Origin: Euprymna scolopes
Taxonomy: Eukaryota
Length of the DNA stretch: 64,000 bases
Direction: 5' to 3' (one strand)
Assembly: GCA_053919585.1 (NCBI GenBank)
Contig: CM132783.1
The translations under genes were made by a program, and so were the position numbers. Shown here piece by piece: positions 37,050 through 51,459 of this stretch. Under the pieces are notes generated by a model. It was not told the origin of the DNA. It saw nothing but the letters and a program-made list of their open reading frames with translations, and did no database searches. Numbering within the stretch: position 1 is the stretch's first letter; the number at the start of each line of letters is the position of its first letter.

Positions 37050-40000
37050 AAGTTATGTTAAAAAAAGAAGATTAAATCGAATATTGCTACTCGAAACTGA
37101 TGTTGGCATCCCTGGTCAATCGGAAACTCATATTAGTGCTGAACATTAACATACTGAAAAAGACAAAGTAAATATATATATTTAGAATGAAAAACCACAG
37201 GGATTACCATAGAGAAATATTTGTAGTTTTCCTATTAACACTGTGATCACTTTCCAGTTAGAACAATCTTGTGGAGTTACTGATCATGTCACTGAGGGTA
37301 CTTTTACCTTGCCAACGTTAAGCGTCAGTCATTTCAGTATATATTCTTAATTGAACAGCGGTGAAGTGTCAAAATGGTGTTAAATAACAATCTAACTAAT
37401 TGCATCAAAGGTATATCAAAATCGAATCAGATTTCGTTACTTCTGGACTTGACTGCATGTTTTTGAAGTCATCATGATAGTTAGAATGTCGTAATGTGCT
37501 TTGTAAAGCAAATGATAATGGTAATCTTAGTGTAGCATTGTGCACTGAATATAAACTGCCAGTATACAATACCTTTTACCAGCAAAGGTAACATGGATAC
37601 ATCCTAGATCAAAACAGGGACATATTACGAAATACGATATCATGCGTAAACACCCAGGATATGGTTATTATCGGAGTAATAGAGTGTGCAAACTGTGACA
37701 CCGATCACAAACCTGGTCGTGCAAATAAGTTTCGAATAAAGAAAAAATTAAAGCCAATGAAATAAAAGAACCTAAATTCATTGAGTGTTTTATATTATAA
37801 CTTAAGAAAGTACACAGCCCTCTTCTGACTTCATTTATTGCTATCCCATTTGATGGAACTTTGCATCGATTAAAGTAATACATATATAGGATGGTTGGGT
37901 GGTTGTTTTTGTTTTACGGCATATCAACCCTTTTCGGGTTATTTAATGCAGCATCCAAAGATTTTTTAAAAAATGTTAATAGAATATATTTGTTGTTTTC
38001 AAGTCGGTTTCTATTTAACCGATATTTGGGACCCTAACAGGTACTAACATTCCGGGTCAGAGTGAACCTGGGAGCAATAGTAATTAAAGGGTGACTCCAC
38101 ACTCCCCAAATCCCGCAAACTAGGGCCTCACCACTGGATATAGTTTTAGGCCATATCCAGGACCCATACATATATAGGAAAATAACGTATGTTCGTGGAT
38201 TTATGAAGACGAAACATAAAAGTTTGCCTGCTGAAAATGATTTAACAGACGCTGATCTTTTGTAAATGAACAAAACAAGGCTCATAAAATATAATTGTGT
38301 TCAAAAGGGCCAGCTAAAACCACTGCAGAAAAATACTCACACAGAGTTTAAATAATATAGAGCGAGAACTACGTCAGATGAAGTCAAGCGGTTGACCAAA
38401 ATGTAAATTTTAATACAAACAACTAATAAACGCAAAGATCCAAAACGGTGTATAACTAAATTAGACACGCTTTTTGTCCACAACCTCAAACAATAGTACA
38501 TGTGATTCAAAAGTTTGTTCTACTTTTTACATCAATGTTAAGGGATTATGGAGAGATAAACAGAGCATGTTTGTGGTCTTTGATAAACTATCTGATATAA
38601 ATTATCTGATTATTCATATTCCCCATCAATAGAATCTTGTCGATGAGACTATGATTGATCCCAGAAGTGATGAAACAAAAACACACTTAAAGAGACTGAT
38701 ACGAGAAAAGCAACAATACCTGTTGGGATACCTGCTGAATTATTGTCAATTGAATGTGCTAGCGTTTCCGACAGGTCCATGCAATAATCCTTGTTTGGCA
38801 TTGTAGTGTTATTACTCAACAATACCATGCAATAATGTGTTTACTTTATAAATGAAAGAGTTCAAAATCTGAGTGGGATGAGTATGATTACATTAGTTTG
38901 CTTGAAACAGAATAAAGTTTTTTGGCAAAGCTTCTGTTAATTCTGTTTGTCATTCTATCTTCCCAGAGAATGAAAGTGATTTTACATCTGGCCGCGGCAC
39001 AATGGGCATGATATTCTCTGCGCGGCAGCTAATGGAAAAGCGGGTGTCGTTGTACTTAGCATTTATCGATCTTATAAAAGGTTTTCATACTATCAATCCT
39101 GGTGCGATTTGCACGATTCTTACTAAACTAGGCTTTCTTAAATTTTTGTGGAACTGCTTAAGAATTTTAACTATGAAATCAAATTCGATTAATGGGTTTT
39201 GTTTGACCCAATATTAGTTGCTCCCACAGTATTCTCTATATATTTTGCCGTGGCGCTGATACTGCTTTTAACAATTGTGATATTGAGGTGAAGTTTCGAT
39301 TTTGTACATCATGAAAACTTTTAAACGTTACATAATAAAAAGCTATTCAAAGCCTCTTTCTTGAACTTTTACATGCCGATAAATCTGGCCTTGTTTTACA
39401 TTTATAAGGGAGCATGTAATTAATAATGGATAAGTTATCAAAGGCAGCTTGAAGAAAATATGTAATGTATCTCCTTTCTGTTAACATGCCAACAAGCCAC
39501 ATTTTGTACCGAACATTTTGGTTGATGGAATGATGTTAATGATTACAGACAGTTTCGCATACCTTGGTAGTACGCTAAGTAAAGACTGTACGCTTAATGT
39601 GAAAATTAATAACAGATATGTTATATCCAGTTCTGCTTTTGACCACCTGGAGAAACGTATATGGTCAGATCACATCAAGAATAAATCTGAGAATTTGTTA
39701 AGAAATTCGTTCTTATTACTCTGCACCATCCGTCTAAGACTTTGATTACATTTAGAAAGTATTTCAATCTATTGGAAATATTCGATCAAAGTTGTATTTG
39801 CTGAATTTCCAATATAAACTGAAACCCTCTCATGCTTGATACCGTTCTTTTGAACGGGCAAATAGCGCCAGTATAGAAGTAAACATTATACAATATCAGA
39901 TTCGCTAGAGTGATACTTCGTTAGGAGAAAACACTTCGTAAGAAAGTGTTGTAAGACAGAATAGTGATAGAAGAGATCAACAAACAAGTAATTTAAAGAT

Positions 40001-40380
40001 GCACAAACACAACTCTTACTTTCTTAAGATGGGTGTAATTAAATAACTGGAAACGGCCGATCAATGTATAGAAACAACAATAAAGAAGAATATAACAATG
40101 CCGAAGATCAGCGTATAATTCTTGTTGCTATAAAGAGGACTTTAGGCAAACAGGATGACAATTCAATGATGTCGAAAAAGAAAGTTAACTGCACTGTGCG
40201 TGCTGGGTTAGGTTTTCGAAGCCTGGTTTTATAAACTATCTAAAAGCATCTAATAAAGTCAACAAACGGTATACTTATTATGAGGCTATAACATATCGAA
40301 CGCAAATCTTATTTTGTCATATTTGTATTTAATCAGCAAAGAAAAAGTAACCTTTAACGTCAATAGAAGATTCACAATCA
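37050..40380 (+). pseudogene. Old, highly decayed RTE-clade LINE interrupted by a SINE-like insert
   Basis: APE-like traces at ~37070-37460; GIPAEL (~38725), GRGTMGMIFSARQLMEK...LAFIDLIKGF (ORF 39002), LHAD, FAYLGSTLS...LEKRIW (ORF 39518). Confidence 0.75.
37895..38165 (-). mobile_element. SINE-like interspersed repeat
   Basis: GC-richer block GGTCAGAGTGAACCTGGGAGCAAT...CTCCACACTCCCCAAA...CATATCCAGGAC with a (CAAC)-like tail on the minus strand. Recalled as a common invertebrate repeat; family not named. Confidence 0.5.
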
Positions 40381-42226
40381 GGAAAAAGACTGTGTCACAT
40401 ATGGGAACGTTTATATAGGACTGAAGTTAGACAAAAAACTCATCTACGTGCACACACCCGTACAATAGTTGGCTAAAAATATGGCAAGCNNNNNNNNNNN
40501 NNNNNNNNNNNNNNNNNNNNNNNNNNNNNNNNNNNNNNNNNNNNNNNNNNNNNNNNNNNNNNNNNNNNNNNNNNNNNNNNNNNNNNNNNNNNNNNNNNNN
40601 NNNNNNNNNNNNNNNNNNNNNNNNNNNNNNNNNNNNNNNNNNNNNNNNNNNNNNNNNNNNNNNNNNNNNNNNNNNNNNNNNGATAGTAAAATAGATGGAT
40701 AGATATGAGTTTTAGTGTCTTTGTTAGAATTTGTAATAATATAAAAAATATATCCGTCAAATCGCTTGGAATAGAAGTTAATTTTTTAAACCGGAACTTA
40801 TCCTCAATATTAAAAATTTAAATTTCAACGATTGAACTGCAATAATAAAAGTAATCTATTATCGCCAATATTATATAATCCTAGACACGTATAAAATATT
40901 TTAAATAGATAACTTTCACAAATAATGCGAGAGGAAATGGATGCAACAGTAGGTAATCCATACAGTTAACTCCAACTGATCAATAAGTAGAAAGAGGAAT
41001 AAAAGTACTCAAAGACTGGACATAAAAACTAAAAAAAATTAACTCGGAGTAAATAATTTAGGAAATAGCAGAAAATGTATAAATAAACAAAAATAGTAAT
41101 GCCCAATATTTATACTATATTAATATAAAAAAGAAAACATTAGTTAAGGTGTCAATGCTTCAAAAATCATGTAAAATTCTTGATGACTTTGATGGTTTCC
41201 TCTAAAAACTGTATATAAATGTGAGTCTGTTACGAAATTACTGTTAAACTATTGGCTAATATATTCGTTATTTGAGAGGCTATGTACTACAGTAAACCCG
41301 TGTCCCGCCGTATCTCAAAGAAAATCTAAAATATTGATGCTGTTGTTTATACGTTAATAATAGGGTATATCTTTTAAAAACAAAGTCGCGAAGATTCTGT
41401 TTTACTTAATATAATTCATCTTTTTCAATTATATAAAACAGAAACCGGTGCATAGTCCGAGCAAAATATAAAATACTGATTTAAAATATTGAAATGCGTT
41501 AGTAAAACAGATCAGAATAGTTTTTAATTTTGTGCTGATAGTTATATGATGTACAGTACAATATACTGCAGTATCATGTTTATTATATGCTGAATTTGAA
41601 AACAATTAAAAATGAACTGCAAAAGTACAAATAGTGTAAAAGTATCAATTGTTAATCCAGGAAATATTCAGAGGTCCGCATAACAACTACAGTAAGTTTA
41701 AATTAATTCTGTATTATGTATTAAAGCAGGGGAAAATATTGTTAAATAAGTAAATATTATACCGCTATCGTTTCTTTTTAAATTACAACATATTTCAGTA
41801 GAGTAGATACAATTGAAAATAGTTGAATTCTGTTAGTTCTACATAAAATAATTAAAATATATAAAATTGAAGTATTTGTTTGAAAACATAATCCATTTTC
41901 GTACAGCACATGTATGTAAGAAGACTTTGATCAGCAAAACATTGATATACATAGGTATACAGAGAGAAAATTGATATGTGAAGGATATGAATCTATAAAA
42001 CAAATTTGAAATGTTTCTTAACCGAAAGAATATCCGATAAAGTTTTAAATTAAAAAATAAAACTTGATTAAACGTGTTAGTTCTACCCAGTCGTAAATAT
42101 TCATATATATGTAAAAGTCGGTATTTTTTTTCGAAATTTTCTCATCCATCCTTATTAAACTTAGTCGTTGATGATTAAGGCTAGGACTTTAAATGTTTTG
42201 ATTTCGATTCTAGATTATGCCAACAG

Positions 42227-42273
<47 letters not shown>

Positions 42274-42394
42274 TTGCAAATCACGACTATGTATTGTGTA
42301 CAATATAATAATCATTAGCTCTATATTAATATACCAAATCTGCAGGTAATAAAGTATCATATTTAAGCGTATTTTTAAACCGACAATACCAGGA

Positions 42395-42471
<77 letters not shown>

Positions 42472-42520
42472 GGTAGTTATTTTTGTGTATATTCGTTCGA
42501 AGCGTTGAGTGAAATTTTAA

Positions 42521-42867
42521 GAATAAAACATGCATAAATACATTTGAAGCCAAAACTGCAGCGCGAATTTTTTTTATAAATATATATATCTACTACCCAG
42601 TTATTTTTGTGTATATCTACTACCCAGATTTTCAAAATGCGCGACCACGCGTCACCTATCCGGCTTCATAAAACCCCTGCAATTAACAACATCACGTGGA
42701 CTCTTCATCGAACTATCTCCCAGTACACCATGCCATGGAAGAAGAGAGAAAAAAAAAGATTGATAAAGGAGTCTTACTCCGAAATATATTTCTTTAAAAA
42801 TAAAACCTGTTTATTTTATAAAAAAAATTCACGTTGCAGTTTTGGCTTCAAATGTATTTATGTTTTA

Positions 42868-42870
<3 letters not shown>
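42521..42870. repeat. ~58-bp inverted repeats around a ~235-bp spacer, between (TA)n tracts
   Basis: GAATAAAACAT..AAATACATTTGAAGCCAAAACTGCA.CG.GAATTTTT (42521-42580) versus its reverse complement at ~42815-42870. Confidence 0.8.
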
Positions 42871-42942
<72 letters not shown>

Positions 42943-42999
42943 TAGCCATGCTCACCCTAAAGTCACGCTTCATCTTGAACGTAAATAGTTACTAATTGG

Positions 43000-44270
43000 G
43001 GCCTTGTTTAAAATACATGACTGAGATAGTAGTTTATATTACATTTAAACTTTGGAAGCGTGTAACATGTAGATAGGTCCAATAAAAAAAGAAACTATTA
43101 GAGTAAAAGCTTCCAGCATCTAGATAATTTTTCTTACTAAACACATCACCGAGCGTATGTATGCTTACGGGCTACTAGTGCAGTGAATTAATAAGTGAAC
43201 ATTTCATTAAAATACTTGTAAAATAAGATATAGATGAAACAGTGCAGTGATGTAAGAGAAGTTTGATCTCAGCTGACAGTGCGATAGCTGTTTCATTGGA
43301 CACGCTTTTTTGTGCACTGTTCTTGCGGGAGAGACTAGTGGTAGAATAACCATTCAAGATATCGCAACAATATTCCAGGCATGTTTGAATGGTGGATTTG
43401 CAGATGTACATGCTATACTAGGCGAGAGTAACTTTCTAGCAGGGTAGAAAGAGCCTAATTTTTTAGCAGTACCCTTCGCAACATTAATGTATTTGTTCCA
43501 GTTCATGTTGCATATGAAGCATAGGCAACATAATCCGAAGAAAGACCTCTCAAGTGAAATAGTATTTGTTGCAGCTGAGCATGAAACTTTAAATGGCGAA
43601 GAGAAAATATGTTTAGCATTAGTATCATTAAATAGTACCATGTATTTACCTGCAGCGTATTCCACTGCAGAATGAAGTTCGTTTTCTAAATATTCTGATA
43701 TTGCCTTAAGATGTGTGTACATCCGGTATCCCTCGTGTTTATTACAAACCATTTTATCATCAGCAAATATACCCATCCGTTACACAATCTCATCAAGAAG
43801 GTGGTTTACGAATATCATGAATACTAGAGACTCAAGGAATAACTCGGCACACTTCTGCAATAATATTATGTTGTTTTAATGTACGTTAATCAAGGAACGA
43901 ATTTATTTTCTTTTTGTCTTAGAAGTATCTAATTATATTTAGATAACTGTTTCATTTAATTTATATTAGTATCCTTTAATCCCGGCCTTTGTCAAAGTTC
44001 AAAAACTAGTGTATTGACTTTCTCATGCCGTATGCAATGCATGTTACATGTAGTCAGATATAGCTGTCCTAATATCGGCACGCAGACGATAATATTATAT
44101 TCCATACTGTTAGTCAAAGTCATGCTACTTTTGTAAATTGGTAGACTAGTTCTTGCTTGAGTTAAGAATTAACCATTTTAACACACCGGGGCAAATAGCT
44201 GATAATTGAGTGAGTCGATTCTTTCACGAAATTTTTATACACTGGCAAAACAGAGGCTATGTTCCAGATA
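43000..44270 (-). pseudogene. Decayed CR1-group LINE
   Basis: ORF 43354-43776 GIFADD...VLFNDTNAK...WNKYINVAKGTAKKLGSFY and ORF 43175-43411 CLEYCCDI, homologous to the 24.6-kb RT. Confidence 0.8.
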
Positions 44271-46432
44271 TTAGGAAAATATTTGTTGTAAAGTTTGGGA
44301 AGTACCAGAGGGTGGCTCACCTGAGTATTTTGTAATTAGTATACCAGCGATAATATAAAGCCCACACAACTTGAAGCCATCTAAGTTTTTTAATATATGG
44401 CAGACATGAAAACGAATGATATTAAGGTCATCGAGGTTTGCTTAAGTTTACACAGGGCAATTTGGGAGGGAGGTTGAGTTGAAGGCGAATCATTGGGTAA
44501 ATTATTCAACCTGCTCAATTACCGCGCTAACGACTCCTTGTTGTTAGATTGTGGAGTAATTATATTATTATTTACTACTTGTTTTAGACCCGTGCTAGGG
44601 GTTACAAATGAAAGAGACCATAAGTAGTGTTAAGTTTATAAAATATAATATGTATATATCATAAGGACTACAGGAGCCACTGAAGTGGTATGAGAGAAAT
44701 GTGTTCGTAGCATGCGGTTTAACATGGTATGAATGTCTCCATTTATTATCTGAAACTAGTCGTATTCATAAGACTAATTGGTTCCACTTACCTCTCAAAT
44801 AGGGGCGATTTGTACCCCAGAACACACCCTCTCGCGCTTTTCATTCCACTGGGATAATCGTATAGGTCTTTTGCCTGGAGTTGATCCCTATCGGGTCGGC
44901 CAATTTCCTTTCCCTGGTTTTCCTTCGAGATATCTTATTACATTTAACTGTTTGTCTTCGTTTTGTTTCTGTATTGCCAATCGTTTCTCTTCGTTTTGTT
45001 TCTGAATTTCCAATTGCGCTTCTCTGAACCTTTTTTCAAGTTCTAGTTATGGACTTTGTTGGAATATCACGATTTCCAAAATTTGTTTTTCAAACTCGTC
45101 ATTTTGATTTTTTTGGACAGTATGGAATTACTTGATATGACAAAACAACCCAATTCGTTGATTTACTATTCCTATAGTGCCAACTCTGAAGAAAACAAAC
45201 CTTTAAAAAATTCGAACCTGGTTATTTAACGAATATTTCTTTCATATATTTATTTCCTCGTGTGGCAATTTGTCTGAGAAAATAATTCGGCGTTTGCGTT
45301 TATATAGAAAGCAGTAGATTCCGTTTGTCATTATTCAATTTTCGTAACGTGTAATTGGGTTCAATTCCTTGTTAGTCCTACACCTTTTTTTCTTTTTCCT
45401 TCAAACGAAAAAAGTTACTTATCTGTAAAAGAGAGTTTATAGCATTTATTAATTATTGGCTATTCTTTTTAATTTCTGTGCGAAAAAAATGTCCTTTTCT
45501 CGTTAACACTTTATTTATCGTGCTTAGCGAAATCTTTTTTTATTCTTCTTCGACGTGCAGTCCCGTCGACCAGTGAAAAGTTTATTTTAATCGGATATAA
45601 ATCCGACGTCTTTTTTAATCTGCGTGAAAATGAACACTATTAGAATTTTATTGCTGCTAGCTAAGCAATGAACGTAAGGAATTCTTATCTAAACGTCCTG
45701 ATGGATTGTCATATTGACATTTCCCTTCCAAAGAGATTCAAAATGAGCAATAAATATTGGATCTGATAGTTTACGAAATCACTGTAAAGTTTAAGCAAAA
45801 TCTTAGAAATTGGGATCAAATAGTCCAAAAGTATTTGATTAATCATTCAAACAATACTCAGTTAATCCCTGTTCGTACGCTTAAATGGTAAGCAAGCGAC
45901 TACTGATTTTATTTTATGAGTCGATGATATTTTAATCGCATAAAATAGTGGCACAATATTAATTGATGTAAAAAATGGAGTTAATAAACATTTCCGAATA
46001 TCAGATTGTCGGAATAATGTTATATGGAGAGAAATATTTGGAGTTTATTGGGTTTTTTTTTGTTTTTATCTTTATTGAGATAACCAAGTGATCATGAGAT
46101 CCTAACCGAGACAGGATTGGGGATGAGCACAGTTCAGGACATGTAGTATGGAAAAGATTGCAAATTGCTCACCAGCATTACCACCAGAGATTTAATGTTC
46201 ATAATATTGTAAACACTGTTAACATTAAATCTCCACAGGCGTGAATAATGACTGAGGAATAATCAGACAGGGTATATTCAATTTGCTTAACGATACTCTA
46301 AAAGAGCTACCCCATCATTATGAGGACGGTCGAGGGCAAATGTAAATGATATACTGTGAATAAGCGTTTCTCTAAAGCACATGTTTGGGGTTTATTTGGA
46401 GAGGTTCCTGCCAAAAATGGAAGTAACCTTGA

Positions 46433-46506
<74 letters not shown>

Positions 46507-49500
46507 GCAGCATCATGCACTCCGTCAGTCTTGACGTTGACTAGTTGGGGCCTCAGTACTTTATCCTTTGGCGTTGACATAGTCCTCTTTCTGTGTGAAA
46601 CATCCATTCATAGGCATTGCATATGTGGGTGCCAGGGCAGTGTGTCGTCTATAGTGTCTCAACTCTAAGGCTTCTCCAATCTTTCTCTCTATTTCTCTCT
46701 TTTCTTTCCACCTTTCTTTAGCTTGTTCCTCCCAACTCTCGACATTGATGTTCATTGCCTTCAGATGCCGCTTTGTTACATCTTTGTAGCGAAGCTTTTG
46801 ACCTCCTACCTTGCGGGTTCCATTTTCCAGTTCCCTGTAGAAGATCATCTTTGGAATTCGGTTTTCTTCCATTCTAGTAATGTGCCCGGCCCATCGTAGT
46901 TGCATTGTAGCAAGGGTAGCTTCCACACTATTTAGCTTTGTTCTCCTGAAAACTTTCGTGTTTGGTATAAAGTCACTTCATTTGATCTTCATGATCCTTC
47001 TCAGGTGTCTCTGGTGGATAGCTTCCAAGCTCCTTACGTCTTCTCTATAAAGAGTGTAGGTATCTGCTGATACAGCAGGGCTGGCAGAACGATGGTTTTG
47101 TAGACTCATCACTTCGTCTCTAGCCGGATACCAGCCCTTGTCCAGAGCCTCTTTTCTAGCTTGCCAAAGGAGGAACAGGCGCTTTGAATTCGGCAGCTTA
47201 TTTCTTTTTCAGCCCGGTTATCAGTGCTAAGAGTTCTTCCAAGGTATTGTAAGTATTCTACAACTTTTAGCACCTTGCCGTTGATTGTTATTATAGGTTC
47301 TTGTGGGTCGTTGTTATCTGGTGAGAGCTGATACATCATTTCAGTCTTCTCTATGTTAATTTGTAGGCCTATCTTCCTGCCTGTTTGAGAGAAAGTATCA
47401 ACTATCCTTTGAATCTGAGCTTAATTGTGAGCTATCAGAGCAGTGTCGTCTGCGAACGGTTGTTCTGTTATCAGCTCCTTCCTTGTCCTGGTCTTGGCTT
47501 CAGTCTTGCAAGGTTGAACAGTTTCCCATCAGAGCGTGTGTGGATGAATACACCTTCTTCGATGCTTTGATGAAGCAGCAATAGGACAGTTGTCAGAAAT
47601 AGGGTGAACAGTGTTGGGGCCAGTACGAACCTTTGTTTGGTGCCGTGGTTTACTTCCAAGAGTTCACTTTCTAGATTCTCTACTACAACTCTCGCTTTTG
47701 TTCATTCGTGAAACTGTTTGATAATTTCCACAAAGTGATCGGGGCATCCAAACACGTTAAAAACCTTCCACAGCATTTTTCGATCAACTGTATCAAATGC
47801 TTTACGGAAGTCTACAAATACTATGTAGAGCTCTCAATACTGTTCAATGGCCTTTTCTTGAATCTTCCATATATTCTCCGCTGCGGGAGAGGTACTTGGC
47901 TACACAAAAAAGCGGAATACGAACTAGTTCAATGAGAATGACCAAGAGCATACTGCTCAATGGCTTTTTTTTTTATATTCCATAAGCTGAAGATTATATC
48001 TATTGTAGATCTTTCATGTCTAAATCCACACTGCGATTCGGTTAGGAGGCTTTCCGCCAACTTACACCACTTTAGCCGTTATTTTCCCGGCAATGGTCAG
48101 GAAAGATATACCTCTGTAATTGCTGCAGTCTTTGTGATCACCTTTGTTTTTGTAGATTGGGATGATCATAACATCTTTGAATTCTTGTGGCAGCGTTTCT
48201 TGTTTCCAGCATTTTAGTTAGTGAAGTTTTCTCATGAGTGGTTCTCAACCGAACTTGTATACTTCAGGTGGTATGCCGTCAATTTCTGGAGATTTGTTCA
48301 TTTTAGTTTTGTTAATTGCTTTTCTTACTTCCCCGAGAGTTGGTGTGTCATTCAGATCCATCTGCTGGGGGAAAACTGTTATGTGGCTTAAGATCTCCTC
48401 ATCCGTATTGGATTGTACATTCAGTAGGTGCCGAAGTACTCTTGCCATCTTTTAATTATCTGTTTTGGTTGGGTCAGTATGGTTTTTTCATCTTCTGATA
48501 AGAGGGCGTTAGTCATCTGGGCTCTAGGGCCATACACTTCCTTCACTGATCTGAAGAAAACTGCAGAATTGTTTTCCTCCGCTTGCCTTTGCATATCTTC
48601 AGCCTTTTTCAGCCGCCAGGTGTTTTTCATTTCTCTTAGTTTTTCTGGACTTTTGCCATCACTTGTTTTAGCTTCTTCTGGTTTGCTCTAGCCGGGTTGC
48701 TTAGCTTTGATTCTAATGTTTGGTTTCTTTCATTTATTACATCTCTAATCTCTTGGTCATTCTCATTGAACTAGTCCGTATTCCGCTTTTTTGTGTAACC
48801 AAGTACCTCTGCCGCAGCGGAGAATATACAGGCCTGCTTAGCAAGCCCCACATTTGTTCTGGTGAATCAGACTCATCGTTGGTTTGTTCTAATGCTGAGT
48901 TGATTGCAAGTTTTAGTCTATCTTGCCATTTTCTATCTCCGAGCTTTGATGTGTTTAGCCTTCTCTTGCGTTTCGTTGTCGCCCTGCTGTACACAGGTTT
49001 TATGGAGAACTTGAAGGTAATCTTGATTAGGTAGTGGTATGTTTGGCAATCTGGTCCTCGCATAGCTCTTGTGTTCTTGGCATCTTTGAGGTCTTTCATT
49101 ATTGTGATAACATAGTCCAGGAGATTGGGTTGTTTTTGATCTGGGATGTTCCCAAAACTAGTAATGTTTATCCGAAGTTGGAAGTAAGTGTTCGTAATTG
49201 CCAGTTCAAACTCTATGCACAAACAGAGCAGCAGTTCTCCATTTGAATTGGCATTTACCTTTCCAAACTTTCCGAGAACAGGGTCCCATGTATTGTAGTC
49301 ATAGCTCACTCTAGCATTGAAGTCACCAAGGACAACTAGCTTATCCGCTGCAGGGACGTTTGCTATGGTGTCTTTCAGCTGAGAGTAAAAGGCCTCCTTT
49401 TCCTCGTCTGGGTAAGTCATTGTCGGTTCATAGACGTTGATAGTGGTGATGTTACGGTCATGGGATGTGGTGATTCGCAGTGTCATTATTCTTTCAGAGA

Positions 49501-49890
49501 CTCCTCTCGGACTCTCTGCGAGTCTATTGGCTATGTGATTTTCTGATCGCAAAAGCGACGCCAGCTCTTTTTGGTTGACCTACAGGACAGCCCTTCCAGA
49601 AATAGTTTCTTCTTGCTTCTCTCAGTTGGTCCTCCCCGCTGAGTCTTGTCTCCTGCAATGCAGTTATGTCGATATTTGTATTTTCGAGCTCCAGATGTAT
49701 GAGTGCTGTTCTTCTATGTGGTCTGTCACCCAAGTCCGCATTGAGCATTGCTCTGACGTTCCATGTTCTGATGTTCAAGTCTTGAGTATTGTTATTTCTT
49801 GTTCTGTTGTTGTTACCGCTCCATTGGAGATCCACACCCCGCGGTTTGGCAGTCAGATGGTCTTTGGATGAGCTTTGTTTACCTCACCTT
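46433..49890 (-). mobile_element. Near full-length decayed RTE-clade LINE (APE + RT) with (TGA/TGC)n tail
   Basis: TWNVRAM...ITALQETR, VLGDFNARV, LLDYVI, SPEIDGIPPE, VLAPTLF, YLGRTLS, QLRWAGHITRM. Trinucleotide tail at 46433-46516. Confidence 0.93.
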
Positions 49891-50199
49891 TTATTGATGT
49901 AGACATATATTCATTGTCTCCGGAAATCTTGATTATCGACTTTGAGTATGAAGTTAGTATAGTCTGTGATGGAGACGTCGACTAGTAAGATAGTAATATA
50001 GTCGAATAATTGCAATGAGATCAGGTGCTGTCTCCCGCAAGCGAATTTAAACTTCAAGAATTTTGGAACGTAGACCCTGATGTTAGATAATGAGACCTTG
50101 TAGTGCGTGTCTACATTGACAGTTGTGATTTTGAATTTTCTAGTGGTTTGTTTGTTGAAATATTTTATAGTTAGGTTGTAGAGTTTGTGGAAGTTGGTA

Positions 50200-51050
50200 A
50201 CAGAATAATAAAAAGTGAAGCAAGAAAGAAAATAGTGATAAAAATAGATAGTAAAGAAGAACGCTTTTTCGACTATGAAAAAGGAAAAGCAATGCCAATT
50301 TCTACTAATATGGCATTGCGACGCCCGATCGTTCACTACCGCAGGGTTTCCACTTCACTTACCAACGACAATGCAGAATATCCATATTTCAATCTTTTGA
50401 TAGGACAACCTCCTCAACAGGACAGTGTGGAAAGAGAAATACTCTCTAGCTACTACAACTGGCAAAAAAAAAACTGATATACAGCATTAGATCCCCCCTT
50501 TGTCAGAAACAGTGCTTATTTATTCAAGATGAAGACTGAATCGCAAAATAGGGGGCACGGACTATAAATAAATAAAATAGCATACACATTTTATTTGACG
50601 GACACTACAAATTACTTAGATCTTGCATTGGTGCCTTACTGTAATGCCGCAAGTGAGTATTTTTGATCATTTCAATGTTAGCACCAAGGATGTAGATGGT
50701 TAATCTACATCGATACAACCGGGAAACTCTATTCAGAAAGTCTGCTCTTAATTTTCCTTAAAGCATTTTACTTTAGCTGGATTTTTGCATTTTAATGCCT
50801 GTTATCAAGAAACCGTGAAATAATGAAAACCGCTGTGATATTTCAGATGGCTCGAACCTTTCAATGTTTGCCAATACATTTCGGTAAAATTTCAGTTTGA
50901 TATATTTTCTCGGTTTCTCGAGCAACTAATAAGATTTCGGACCAGAGAAATGATATTGCCGAATGATTCGAACCGTACAACAGCTGAATATGCAGACCGT
51001 CGTTCATATGTTCTGTGGAAAGAGAATTAAATAGTAGCTTAAATGTTAGG
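50200..51050 (+). pseudogene. Possible Chapaev3-like (CMC) transposase relic, with the last part inverted
   Basis: Weak matches: MP...RRPIVH, W..YIDT, and minus-strand LLYG...FLW...ARE; very decayed. Confidence 0.25.
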
Positions 51051-51251
51051 ATCAACTTGGCTACATTTCTATCTGACATATATCGCATATGCGTGACTTG
51101 ATCGACCTGGTTAATATTTGCCTGTATGCCAGGATACATTTTCTAAAGATGTGTGTGTGCTATTGTGAATGATAGAAATTAGTACATGTACAATAATGGC
51201 CTTTTTTTTTCTTTTTCACTCCTCATAATCTTCTTCTCTCTTTCTTCATAC

Positions 51252-51321
<70 letters not shown>

Positions 51322-51392
51322 TGCTTCATCTACTTGGCCGCTTTTTTTGCCGTCTGTAGCTTCCTCAGACTTTTACAAAAACCGTTTCTGCA

Positions 51393-51459
51393 AAAGTCTG
51401 AGGATTCTACAGACGGCAAAAAAAAAACGGCCAAGTAGCTGAAACAATAATGTAACTTT
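51393..51459 (+). ncRNA. Type I hammerhead-like motif; an inverted degenerate partner lies at ~51315-51374 on the minus strand
   Basis: AAAGU-CUGAGGA-uuCUAC...GUAGcu-GAAA-CA auaa UG-UA-ACUUU. The partner copy has AGCUAC, which restores stem II against GUAGCU. Confidence 0.7.

Noticed and set aside
38370-38410. CAGATGA-AGTCAA gcgg TTGACC-AAAA hammerhead-like hairpin
   Set aside because: Both core boxes are mutated and there is no stem I or III support.
46307-46668. Poly-M/I/S/D ORFs
   Set aside because: Translations of the (CAT)/(CAG)n tail of the RTE.
49820-49900. HDV-like ribozyme at the RTE 5' end
   Set aside because: Known for some RTEs, but I could not fold a nested double pseudoknot here and the UTR appears truncated.
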